Assembly: GCF_031769215.1 (NCBI RefSeq)
Contig: NW_026782399.1
Span: 1 to 64,000, forward strand
Source of the DNA: Ylistrum balloti
Lineage: Eukaryota
Direction of reading: 5' to 3'
DNA length: 64,000 nt
Below the pieces are notes generated by a model that ran no database searches, was not told the DNA's origin, and was given only the letters and a program-made list of their open reading frames with translations. The position numbers were made by a program, and so were the translations under genes. The number at the start of each line of letters is the position of its first letter. The stretch's first letter is position 1. Positions 37,925 to 46,496 of the stretch are shown one piece after another.

Positions 37925-39385
37925 ATGAAGAATCAATCTTTTTGCGACATCGTTATTATTGGGGGTGGCATTGGTGGACTTTATTTGGCTCATCGATTGG
38001 AAGAAGAAAAGCAAGACTGGATGCTTTTTGAAGGATCAGACCGTCTAGGTGGGAAGATTGAAAGTGTTGAATACCCTTATCAAGAAAGCGAAGGATCACT
38101 TAAGTTGGAGTGGGGTGCGATCCGTTTCGAGTGGGGATGCCAACCTAAATTTGAGTCCCTAATTAAAAAAAACAAAATTAATCTTAAAGGATTCCCTGCC
38201 TTTTGTTCCGATAAGGGATGGGAGCTTGGTTTTATTAAGGAAATGTGTAGTCATCTTTGGCGACTTTATCTTGATTATCGTAATTTACCATTTGCTTCTT
38301 TGAGTGACGATGAACTGTGGAATCTCTTAAGAGAGAATCAGTCTTCCTTTCTCAGTGAAGAGAGAAACCAACCTTGGTCAGACTTGGATGTTCACAAGTG
38401 GCTTCCTTTAAAGTTTGGAGAAACAGGAAAAGAAAGTGGGGTTCAACCTTATCAATACCACTTTGGAAATTGGCTTCAGGTCTACCACTCCGATTGGTAT
38501 CATAAGATGAAGAAGGCGGAAAAATCCATTAAGGCTTTCATTGTTTTAGAGTTTACCGTCATGGCATGGCTTATGAGATGGACGAAGGTTTTGCTGGCTA
38601 ATCACATGATTAAAACTTGTATAAATGGGAATGATGACATTACGGGTCAACTGGGAGAAGATCTTCCGATTGATCGCATTTCCCTTCGCACTTCTTTAAA
38701 TGGGTGGGTCTTTGACAAGGAAAATGGCACTTATGAGTTGCATTTTAACGAAGGGGCGCCAGTCATTTGTCGAAAACTGGTTCTTGCCATTCCACCACGG
38801 TCGATTCAAAAAATCATAGGTATTCCTCAAGAATTGAAGACTTTGTTTAGGAAAATGAAAGGTTTTTCACTGGGGAGACTTTTTGTGGAGATTGCTGATC
38901 CGTGGTGGGGTGAGAATGATTTTTTTACTACCCAGCACAATTTGGCTGAAGAACTCCAAACAAGAGAGGTGTATTATTATGGAATGCCTGCGGAAGAAAA
39001 GCGAGGTGTGATCATGATGTACTTTGAAGATTCTTTTATTAGATATTGGAGTAAAGTTATTCAGGAAAAACAACTTGTTCCTCATCTTGCGCAATGCCTT
39101 CAAATTCCCGAAAAACAAATTTTGAGCACTCAATATCGTTTTTGGGATGGTGTTCACAGCCCGTATGCATTTAATTACCTTCTTCCTGGAGTTTGCCCTC
39201 GTAAAGTAATTGAAGAGGTGTCACAACTTAATGCTGGGACGCTTTCAGTGGTGGGGGATACCTACTCTTTCGACTCTGGATTTATTGAAGGTGTGCTTTC
39301 TTCTTGTGATCAAGCTCTCCAAAACTGTCTTTTGAAAGAAGAAATAAAAGGACAAGAAAAGTCTAAAGTTTTTTCTAAAATATAA
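37925..39385 (+). CDS. Flavin-containing amine / L-amino acid oxidase family protein
   Basis: IIGGGIGG, LGGKIES, EWGAIRF, C-terminal GDTYS...GFIEG. Confidence 0.78.
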   Translation: MKNQSFCDIVIIGGGIGGLYLAHRLEEEKQDWMLFEGSDRLGGKIESVEYPYQESEGSLKLEWGAIRFEWGCQPKFESLIKKNKINLKGFPAFCSDKGWELGFIKEMCSHLWRLYLDYRNLPFASLSDDELWNLLRENQSSFLSEERNQPWSDLDVHKWLPLKFGETGKESGVQPYQYHFGNWLQVYHSDWYHKMKKAEKSIKAFIVLEFTVMAWLMRWTKVLLANHMIKTCINGNDDITGQLGEDLPIDRISLRTSLNGWVFDKENGTYELHFNEGAPVICRKLVLAIPPRSIQKIIGIPQELKTLFRKMKGFSLGRLFVEIADPWWGENDFFTTQHNLAEELQTREVYYYGMPAEEKRGVIMMYFEDSFIRYWSKVIQEKQLVPHLAQCLQIPEKQILSTQYRFWDGVHSPYAFNYLLPGVCPRKVIEEVSQLNAGTLSVVGDTYSFDSGFIEGVLSSCDQALQNCLLKEEIKGQEKSKVFSKI

Positions 39386-39394
39386 TATCAAATA

Positions 39395-40327
39395 TCAATT
39401 AACCGATCCTAAATGGTCGTTAAGATTTGAGTTTCTTTTTTTTAGATAACTTTCAATACTCACCAAGGCAATAGCCACCCAGATAAAAGAAAAGACGATA
39501 AAATCCATGAAGCCAAAGCTTTCAGCGTAAACAAAGATAGCGATCAAGAAATGTAAAGTAGGGGTGATGTATTGGATGAACCCCATGATAGACAAATCAA
39601 TGTGCTTAGCGGATCGGCTAAAGAGAATAAGAGGTAGAGATGTAATGGGCCCTAATGCGATAAACAGAAGGTTGGTTTGTTCCCAGTCTAAGAAAAAATT
39701 TGATTGTCCCGTATTGAATAAGTAGAGTACATACCCTAGGGCAGGGAAAAACATGAAAAAAGTTTCGATAAAGAATGTTGTAATGGAGTTAGCTTTAACC
39801 GTTTTTTTAATTAATCCGTAAAAGCTAAAGGTGAGGGCAACCCCTAATGAAATCAAGGAAAATTGTTGTGCCAAGAAAGCCTTAAATATAAAAGCAAGAC
39901 AGGCAAGGGTAATGGCTATTTTTAGACGGGGTCGCTCTTTGAAGACTAGAATACCTAAGGAGATGGTGATCAACGGTGAAGCGAAATAACCCAAGCTAAC
40001 TTCTAAAATTTGTCCTCGATTCACAGCGTAAACAAATACAAGCCAGTTAGAAGTGATCAGTGAGGCTGCAATGAATAATTTCCAAAGATAGTTTTTGTTC
40101 ATCAAAACTCTTTTAACCTCTTTGGTTTTCTTAAAAAGAAAAATCAATACCCCTACAAATAGAAAGGACCAAATTCCTCTGTGGGCAGTAACTTCCAAAT
40201 GTGAGGCAAAGTCAAGGGATTTAAAATAGATAGGAAAAAGTCCCCAAAATAAAAAACCTAGAACGGCAACAAAAATGTGATGGTTTAGATAACTGGAATG
40301 GTTGGGAATATCAGTTGAAAGTTTCAA
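39395..40327 (-). CDS. rarD: EamA family transporter RarD
   Basis: Ten-TM pattern; WGLFPIY, SLGYF.SPL, GFIQYITP. Confidence 0.88.
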   Translation of the reverse strand: MKLSTDIPNHSSYLNHHIFVAVLGFLFWGLFPIYFKSLDFASHLEVTAHRGIWSFLFVGVLIFLFKKTKEVKRVLMNKNYLWKLFIAASLITSNWLVFVYAVNRGQILEVSLGYFASPLITISLGILVFKERPRLKIAITLACLAFIFKAFLAQQFSLISLGVALTFSFYGLIKKTVKANSITTFFIETFFMFFPALGYVLYLFNTGQSNFFLDWEQTNLLFIALGPITSLPLILFSRSAKHIDLSIMGFIQYITPTLHFLIAIFVYAESFGFMDFIVFSFIWVAIALVSIESYLKKRNSNLNDHLGSVN

Positions 40328-40445
40328 GAGATTTTGTGTGGCTTATAATTCTATCATTCACCTATCATTCACGTCGATGAGAACTAGAAATTCCAAGAGA
40401 TAATTCATTGTAGAATTAAATGTCTTTTGGGTATTAAATATTGAA

Positions 40446-41075
40446 ATGAAAATCAAACAAGTTTTTGAAAACAATCGACAATGGTTAAACAAAAAACTTG
40501 AACTTGATTCCAATTACTTTAAAAAACTTTCTCAAGGTCAAAGCCCCAAACTTCTTTATATTGGTTGTGCGGACAGTCGGGTATCTTGTGAGGAAATCAT
40601 GGGACTTTCTCCAGGTGAGGTTTTTGTTCATCGCAACATTGCTAACCTTGTTCCCAGCAATGATTTAAGCTCCATGTCGGTGATTCAATACGCCGTAGAG
40701 CATTTAAAGGTAAAACATCTCATCGTGTGTGGGCATTATGAATGTGGTGGGGTTAAGGCAGCACTGGAACCACAACATTTTGGGTTGCTCAATCCATGGT
40801 TAAGAAATATTCGGGATGTTTATCGTACTCACCAAGAAGAACTTGACTTGATCCAAAATCAAAATGAACGACATTGTCGTTTAGTGGAACTTAATGTTCG
40901 AGAACAGTGTATCAATGTGCTTAAGGAAACAGTGGTGCAAGAAGCCATTCGCCAACGAACTTTAAATATTCATGGTTGGGTTTTTGATGTTCATACAGGT
41001 AAGCTCATTGATTTAAAAATTGACTTCAAAGCCCTTTTAAAAAACATCACCAACATTTATCGGTTGGATGGTTAG
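40446..41075 (+). CDS. can: Beta-class carbonic anhydrase
   Basis: GCADSRV, HRNIANL, CGHYECGG. Confidence 0.95.
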   Translation: MKIKQVFENNRQWLNKKLELDSNYFKKLSQGQSPKLLYIGCADSRVSCEEIMGLSPGEVFVHRNIANLVPSNDLSSMSVIQYAVEHLKVKHLIVCGHYECGGVKAALEPQHFGLLNPWLRNIRDVYRTHQEELDLIQNQNERHCRLVELNVREQCINVLKETVVQEAIRQRTLNIHGWVFDVHTGKLIDLKIDFKALLKNITNIYRLDG

Positions 41076-41077
41076 GA

Positions 41078-42259
41078 TTAAATCCGATAATACTTTTTTC
41101 CTGGCAATTCTCCAATTTCCCCAGCTAACATGCCTTCCATTACCAATTTAATCAGGTCTGGAATTTGTATCTTTAGGTTTTCTGAAAGGTCGTTAATTGT
41201 TTGAGGGTTCTGCGAGATTTCATCCATCAGTCGTTTTTCAACAGAGATTGAATCCAAATCTTTGTTGCGTGAAAGATCAGATGCCGATTCATTTTTTTTA
41301 TTGCTTGGTTTGTAATGATTATTCGCATCTTTTTTTAAAAAACCAAATTGATGATCTAAAATATCATCAAGCTTCTTCACTGGAATGCCACCCTCTTGGA
41401 AAATACGATAATTCCCAAGGTTGATTTCAGGAATGTTTTCAAAGGTTTCATTTGAAATATTGTAGTCATAGACATAAATCGTCTTGCCTTGTTCAAGACC
41501 GCAGTTAACGGTAATAAGTGCTCCACTTTTAAGGGGAGCTTGCATCAGAAGAACACCTTCGCTTAATGCGGAAATGATACGGTTGCGACGGGGAAAATGC
41601 ATGTAATGTGGTGGGGTACTTGGAGTGAATTCTGAAATAATGCAACCTCCACGATCAAGGATTTTTTTATAAAGAGGTTGATTCCCAAGTGGGTAGTAAA
41701 CATCCACCCCGCATCCCAGTACAGCTGTAGTAGAGCTATCTCTACCTTCAATGGCTCCTCGATGGGCACAAGTATCCACTCCGATTGCTAAACCCGAAAT
41801 CACATGTCCCCCTACAGAGGTGAATTGTTTGGTGATTTGATGTGTGGTTTGGTTGATAAAAGAGTCACTTCTCCTTGTACCGATAACAGATAGGCAACAG
41901 GAAGTCGGTTGGTCTAAATAATAGGTAGGAAGATCACCTTTATAGTAGAGCACTAGAGGCGGTTGGTAAATTTCTTTTAAAATCTTAGGGTAGTGCCTGT
42001 CTGCGATGGTAACCCATTGAATACCCAATTTCTTGCATTCATTCTGTACCGTTTCACTTTTTTTTAAAAGTTTATCTCTGCCTTCATATTTTCGATCCTT
42101 CCTAATCAGGCCGATTTTATTAAATTTGGAAGGAGGTAAATTCAAAACAGTTTCATATTTATCAAAACATTTTTGATAAATATCGATGTGCCTTAAACTC
42201 AATGCTTCTGACATACTGATTGCAAAAGCGCTTTGTGATTCACTGTATTTCATAATCAT
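41078..42259 (-). CDS. dprA: DNA processing protein DprA
   Basis: YPKILKEIYQPP, ISGLAIGVDT.AH, FPRRNRIISALS, SGALIT. Confidence 0.92.
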   Translation of the reverse strand: MIMKYSESQSAFAISMSEALSLRHIDIYQKCFDKYETVLNLPPSKFNKIGLIRKDRKYEGRDKLLKKSETVQNECKKLGIQWVTIADRHYPKILKEIYQPPLVLYYKGDLPTYYLDQPTSCCLSVIGTRRSDSFINQTTHQITKQFTSVGGHVISGLAIGVDTCAHRGAIEGRDSSTTAVLGCGVDVYYPLGNQPLYKKILDRGGCIISEFTPSTPPHYMHFPRRNRIISALSEGVLLMQAPLKSGALITVNCGLEQGKTIYVYDYNISNETFENIPEINLGNYRIFQEGGIPVKKLDDILDHQFGFLKKDANNHYKPSNKKNESASDLSRNKDLDSISVEKRLMDEISQNPQTINDLSENLKIQIPDLIKLVMEGMLAGEIGELPGKKYYRI

Positions 42260-42341
42260 ACCTACAAAAGTATTGTATTGATTAATGAATTTTAAAGTAC
42301 TATTTGAAATTTTGTAGGGTTAACTGAAATTATCCGAGGAA

Positions 42342-43622
42342 TTAAACTGAAAGAATTCCTTCATTAATTCCTTCCTTAATTAATTGATTGAGAATCTCCC
42401 CAATTAAGCGAAACGAACCACTATAAACAAATAGCTCATCAGGTGAATTTTGCCATGGAATTTCACTTAAACTAGTGACGGTTTCCACCTTTTCACCTCT
42501 TGTTTCGTCGATAATATTTTTTACCCATTCGACTTTCCTTAATGGAACATAGTGTAATCGGCAGTCAAAAAATACTAAATTCCATTCATTCGGAATGATC
42601 TTTATTAAATGAGCGATGTCCTTATCGTAAAGGGCATAAAAGTAGAAATGAATTTTTGAATACTTTTGCAATTCGGGATCATTTACAATACAATCAATCA
42701 AGTGTTTAAAAGACTGTGGGGTATGAGCTCCATCAAAAAGTAAGTTTCGTATTTTTTGATAACGCCCAATAATGGGGAGTTTCTTCAATACTTCTTCAAG
42801 GTGTTTTTTTTGAAAAGAATAGCCTTCACCTTCTAAGGTGTGCATAACCAAACTTAAATTCATTTGAGTGGAGGAAGGGATAAAGGATGGTGGATCAAGA
42901 AGCAACGGGTGAATCTCAATCGAGTGGCAGGGGGAGCCTTGTTGATGGGCGGTGTTTTCAATCAGATGGTTTACCTCAATGTTTTGTCGAATATAATAGA
43001 TAGGAACTCCGGGCTTGATAATACCAGCCTTTTCGTGTGCTATTTCGGGTAAGGTTCCCCCTAACTTGTCTGTATGGTCGTAGTCGATCAATGTGATCAT
43101 GCTTGCCAAGGTTTGGGAAGGGTTTAGACAATTAGTCGAATCCCAACGCCCACCTAATCCAGTTTCAAGAACAGCAATTTCTATACCGTTATTTTTAAAT
43201 AAGCACATTGCGATAGCGGTAAACAAGTCAAAGAGGGTAGGGTTGAAGTCATCGACATTTTTTTTCAGTGTTGCTGCTACATCCAAAACTTCTTCCATAA
43301 CGGGAAGTAATTCCTCCCAAGATACTCTAGATCCTCTGATTGAGAAACGATCTCTTTCATCGAGAATTTGCGGAGAAGTAGTGTGACCCGTTTGATGTCC
43401 GAGTACTTCTAAAAAGTAGGCGAGCATAGTGGTAGTTGTGCCTTTACCTTTTGTACCAGCAATGTGAAAAGACTTGAAGTGATTTTGGGGATTGCCAAGA
43501 GCGGTTAATAATTGCTTGATTTGATCTAAATTATAAAAAGTTTTTGTGTAGGGGGTTGACCTTCTTTTTTCAAAATTGCTATAGCTGTAGAGCCTTTTAA
43601 AAAGAGAGGTGAACGAGTCCAA
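42342..43622 (-). CDS. folC: Folylpolyglutamate synthase / dihydrofolate synthase
   Basis: HIAGTKGKGT, ETGLGGRWDSTN, IAHEKAGIIK, DGAHT. Confidence 0.92.
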   Translation of the reverse strand: MDSFTSLFKRLYSYSNFEKRRSTPYTKTFYNLDQIKQLLTALGNPQNHFKSFHIAGTKGKGTTTTMLAYFLEVLGHQTGHTTSPQILDERDRFSIRGSRVSWEELLPVMEEVLDVAATLKKNVDDFNPTLFDLFTAIAMCLFKNNGIEIAVLETGLGGRWDSTNCLNPSQTLASMITLIDYDHTDKLGGTLPEIAHEKAGIIKPGVPIYYIRQNIEVNHLIENTAHQQGSPCHSIEIHPLLLDPPSFIPSSTQMNLSLVMHTLEGEGYSFQKKHLEEVLKKLPIIGRYQKIRNLLFDGAHTPQSFKHLIDCIVNDPELQKYSKIHFYFYALYDKDIAHLIKIIPNEWNLVFFDCRLHYVPLRKVEWVKNIIDETRGEKVETVTSLSEIPWQNSPDELFVYSGSFRLIGEILNQLIKEGINEGILSV

Positions 43623-43625
43623 TAA

Positions 43626-44432
43626 TTATTTAGAAAAAGAGTAGAGAATAACATTTAGTCCGAATTGAAGAGCTTGCTTGCGAACAGATTCGGGGTTTTT
43701 ATGTACTTGATAGGGTGCCCACCCGTCTCCGATGTCTGTGTTCTTAGTGTAAAGAATGACTAATTTGCCATTATGATAAAACCCTAAGACCTCAGGTGCT
43801 CCTCCATCATGTTTGTGGATTTTAGGGACTCCTTTGGGGAATGAGTAATAAATATTGAAGATGGGATGATTGAGTGGAACTTTTTCCCATTCCTTGTAAG
43901 GAAGAACCTTTTTGATTTCATTTTTCACCGAGCTATCTAACCCGTAATCATCGTTAATAAAAAGGAAGCCTCCCTGCTCAAGAAATTTTTGTAACTTAGT
44001 CACTTCCGATTGGCTGAAAACGAAATTCCCGTGACCCGTCATGTAAAGGAAGCTATGATCGAAAACGTTATATCCATCCAGTTCAACTTCCACTGGGTAA
44101 GGATAAGCATTAATTATATTATGCTGATTAACAAATCGCATGAATTCAATAGCTCCGACTTTTCCCTCATACCAGTCCCCTCCTCCTCGGTACTTCACGA
44201 CTGCAAAGATAAAATCATAGGTTTCCAAAGAAGGTGGGATGCGATCATTTACGAAAGACTTCTGTGAGGTTCGGTTGTTTTGGGCGAGGAGAAACATTGT
44301 TGTGAAATAGAACAATAAAAAGAGCAATCTACTCGTTTTTAAGCCGATGAAAATCAGGGATACAGAAGGCATTAAAGATGATTTTATCATAAAATAAATG
44401 GTGAGTTTAAAACTGGTGTTTTGATTTGACAA
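43626..44432 (-). CDS. DUF4159 family protein
   Basis: KYRGGGDWY, FLYMTGHG, GGFLFIND, KIHKHDGG, DIGDGW. Confidence 0.82.
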   Translation of the reverse strand: MSNQNTSFKLTIYFMIKSSLMPSVSLIFIGLKTSRLLFLLFYFTTMFLLAQNNRTSQKSFVNDRIPPSLETYDFIFAVVKYRGGGDWYEGKVGAIEFMRFVNQHNIINAYPYPVEVELDGYNVFDHSFLYMTGHGNFVFSQSEVTKLQKFLEQGGFLFINDDYGLDSSVKNEIKKVLPYKEWEKVPLNHPIFNIYYSFPKGVPKIHKHDGGAPEVLGFYHNGKLVILYTKNTDIGDGWAPYQVHKNPESVRKQALQFGLNVILYSFSK

Positions 44433-44579
44433 CCTATTTAAGAATATGAAATTATTTTTCGATTCTAATAATAGAAGGATAAAAAATAAGCTTGTATAAA
44501 TTTTATTGATTTTATACCATTACATTGTAAGGAAAATGTGTTGAAATTATTAATAAATAAAAAAAAATGCTATAAAGAA

Positions 44580-44616
44580 TGTTATAATATTTTGGAATAT
44601 ACACATTAATTAATGT
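44580..44616 (+). promoter_or_regulatory. Extended -10 (TGTTATAAT 44580-44588) followed by a perfect palindrome ACATTAATTAATGT (44603-44616)
   Basis: Same pair at 49506-49514 and 49530-49541; palindrome alone at 46431-46442. Confidence 0.55.
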
Positions 44617-44669
44617 AAAAATATGTGAATTTAAAAATTTATTTTAAATCTTATTTAAGATAGTAAAAA

Positions 44670-46379
44670 ATGAATAAAACCAGTAAAATTAACACAACAA
44701 ACAAAGCTTTAAAAGCTAATCAAATTACTTTCCATTCATTAATAATTAAGTTCAGACTCTCACAATTAATATTACTATTATTGTCTTTTCTTCTTCTTAC
44801 ATCTTGTTTTTTTGATAAAATTAACCCCACTTACACAACAACTTTTGACAGTCAAGGTGGAAGCACGGTTCCAGATCAGCAAGTCAATTATGGCGAGAAA
44901 GTAACTCAACCTTCTAATCCTACACGAGTAAATTATAACTTTGGTGGATGGTATGAAGATGAATCATTGACCACTATTTTTAATTTTGCAAATACAGTAA
45001 TCACTAGTGATCGAACTTTGTATGCCAAATGGAACGCAGGTCAAAACGCAGTTCAATATGCCGTAACATTTGATAGTCAGGGTGGAAGCACGGTTACAGC
45101 GCAACAAGTCAATTCTGGCGAGAAAGTAATTCAACCTTCTAATCCTACACGAACACATTACAACTTTGGTGGATGGTATCAAGATGAATCATTGACCACT
45201 GTTTTTGATTTTGAAAATACAGTAATCACTAGTGATCGAACTTTGTATGCCAAATGGAACATAATAGAATACACCTTCACCTATGGTGCCGTTTTTAAAG
45301 ATGGAGTAAATGGTGTGGACGGATTGAATCATGCAGAATCTGTTGCCGTTAGTCCAGATGGGAACAATGTCTATGTGACAGGTTTTAAAGATGATGCCGT
45401 GGCAGTGTTTAACAGAAATACAACAACTGGTGTACTCACTTATAGCACCATTTTAAAAGACGGAGTAAATGGTGTGGACGGATTGGATGGTGTATATTCT
45501 ATCACCGTTAGTCCAGATGGAAAGAATGTTTATGTGACAGGTTATTACGATAATACTTTGGTAGTGTTTAACAGAAATAGGACAACTGGGGCACTCACCT
45601 ATAGCACCTTTTTTGAAGACGGACGATTTGGTGTGGACGGATTAAATGAAGCAGCTTCTGTCATCGTTAGTCCAGATGGGAACAATGTCTATGTGGCAGG
45701 TTATCAAGATGATGCCGTGGCAGTGTTTAACAGAAATACAGCAACTGGGGCACTCGACTATAGCACCATTTTTAAAGACGGAGTAGATGGTGTGGACGGA
45801 TTGGATGGAGCTCAATCTGTCACCGTTAGTCCAGATGGGGAAAATGTGTATGTGGCAGGTTATCAAGATGATGCCGTAGCAGTGTTTAACAGAAATACGA
45901 CAACTGGTGTACTTACCTATAGCACCGTTTTTAAAGACGGAGTAAATGGTGTGGACGGATTGGATGGAACTCAATCTGTCACCGTTAGCTCTGATGGGAA
46001 CAACGTGTATGTGGCAGGTTATGAAGATGATGCCGTAGCAGTGTTTAACAGAAATACAACAACTGGTGGACTCACCTATAGCACTGTTTTAAAAGACGGG
46101 CAAGGTGGTGTGGACGGATTATTTGGTTCAACTTCTGTCATTGTTAGTCCTGGTGGAAACGATGTCTATGTGGCAGGTTATAATGATTCTGCCGTGGTAG
46201 TGTTTAACAGAAATACGACAACTGGAGCACTCACTTATAGCACCGTTTTTAAAGACGGAGTAAATGGTATGGACGGATTGGCTGGTGCTCGATCTGTTGC
46301 CGTTAGCCCTGATGGAAAAAATATCTATGTTGCAAGTGAGAATGATAATGCCTTGGCAGTGTTGAACGGTAGCGAGTGA
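44670..46379 (+). CDS. Lipoprotein with 2 InlB B-repeats plus 7-bladed beta-propeller
   Basis: LTS-C lipobox; two FDSQGGS...GGWY...LYAKW units; seven blades ending GSE*. Confidence 0.87.
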   Translation: MNKTSKINTTNKALKANQITFHSLIIKFRLSQLILLLLSFLLLTSCFFDKINPTYTTTFDSQGGSTVPDQQVNYGEKVTQPSNPTRVNYNFGGWYEDESLTTIFNFANTVITSDRTLYAKWNAGQNAVQYAVTFDSQGGSTVTAQQVNSGEKVIQPSNPTRTHYNFGGWYQDESLTTVFDFENTVITSDRTLYAKWNIIEYTFTYGAVFKDGVNGVDGLNHAESVAVSPDGNNVYVTGFKDDAVAVFNRNTTTGVLTYSTILKDGVNGVDGLDGVYSITVSPDGKNVYVTGYYDNTLVVFNRNRTTGALTYSTFFEDGRFGVDGLNEAASVIVSPDGNNVYVAGYQDDAVAVFNRNTATGALDYSTIFKDGVDGVDGLDGAQSVTVSPDGENVYVAGYQDDAVAVFNRNTTTGVLTYSTVFKDGVNGVDGLDGTQSVTVSSDGNNVYVAGYEDDAVAVFNRNTTTGGLTYSTVLKDGQGGVDGLFGSTSVIVSPGGNDVYVAGYNDSAVVVFNRNTTTGALTYSTVFKDGVNGMDGLAGARSVAVSPDGKNIYVASENDNALAVLNGSE

Positions 46380-46496
46380 AACTAGTGGATAAAATTATCT
46401 TTGGTCAAAGAAATTATATAAAAATATACGCATTAATTAATGTAAAAATATGTGAATTTAAAAATTTATTTTAAATCTTATTTAAGAGAGTAAAAA

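Noticed and set aside
40351-40372. Tandem CTATCATTCAC x2 between rarD and can
   Set aside because: Only two copies with no other occurrence noticed; too weak to call a regulatory site.
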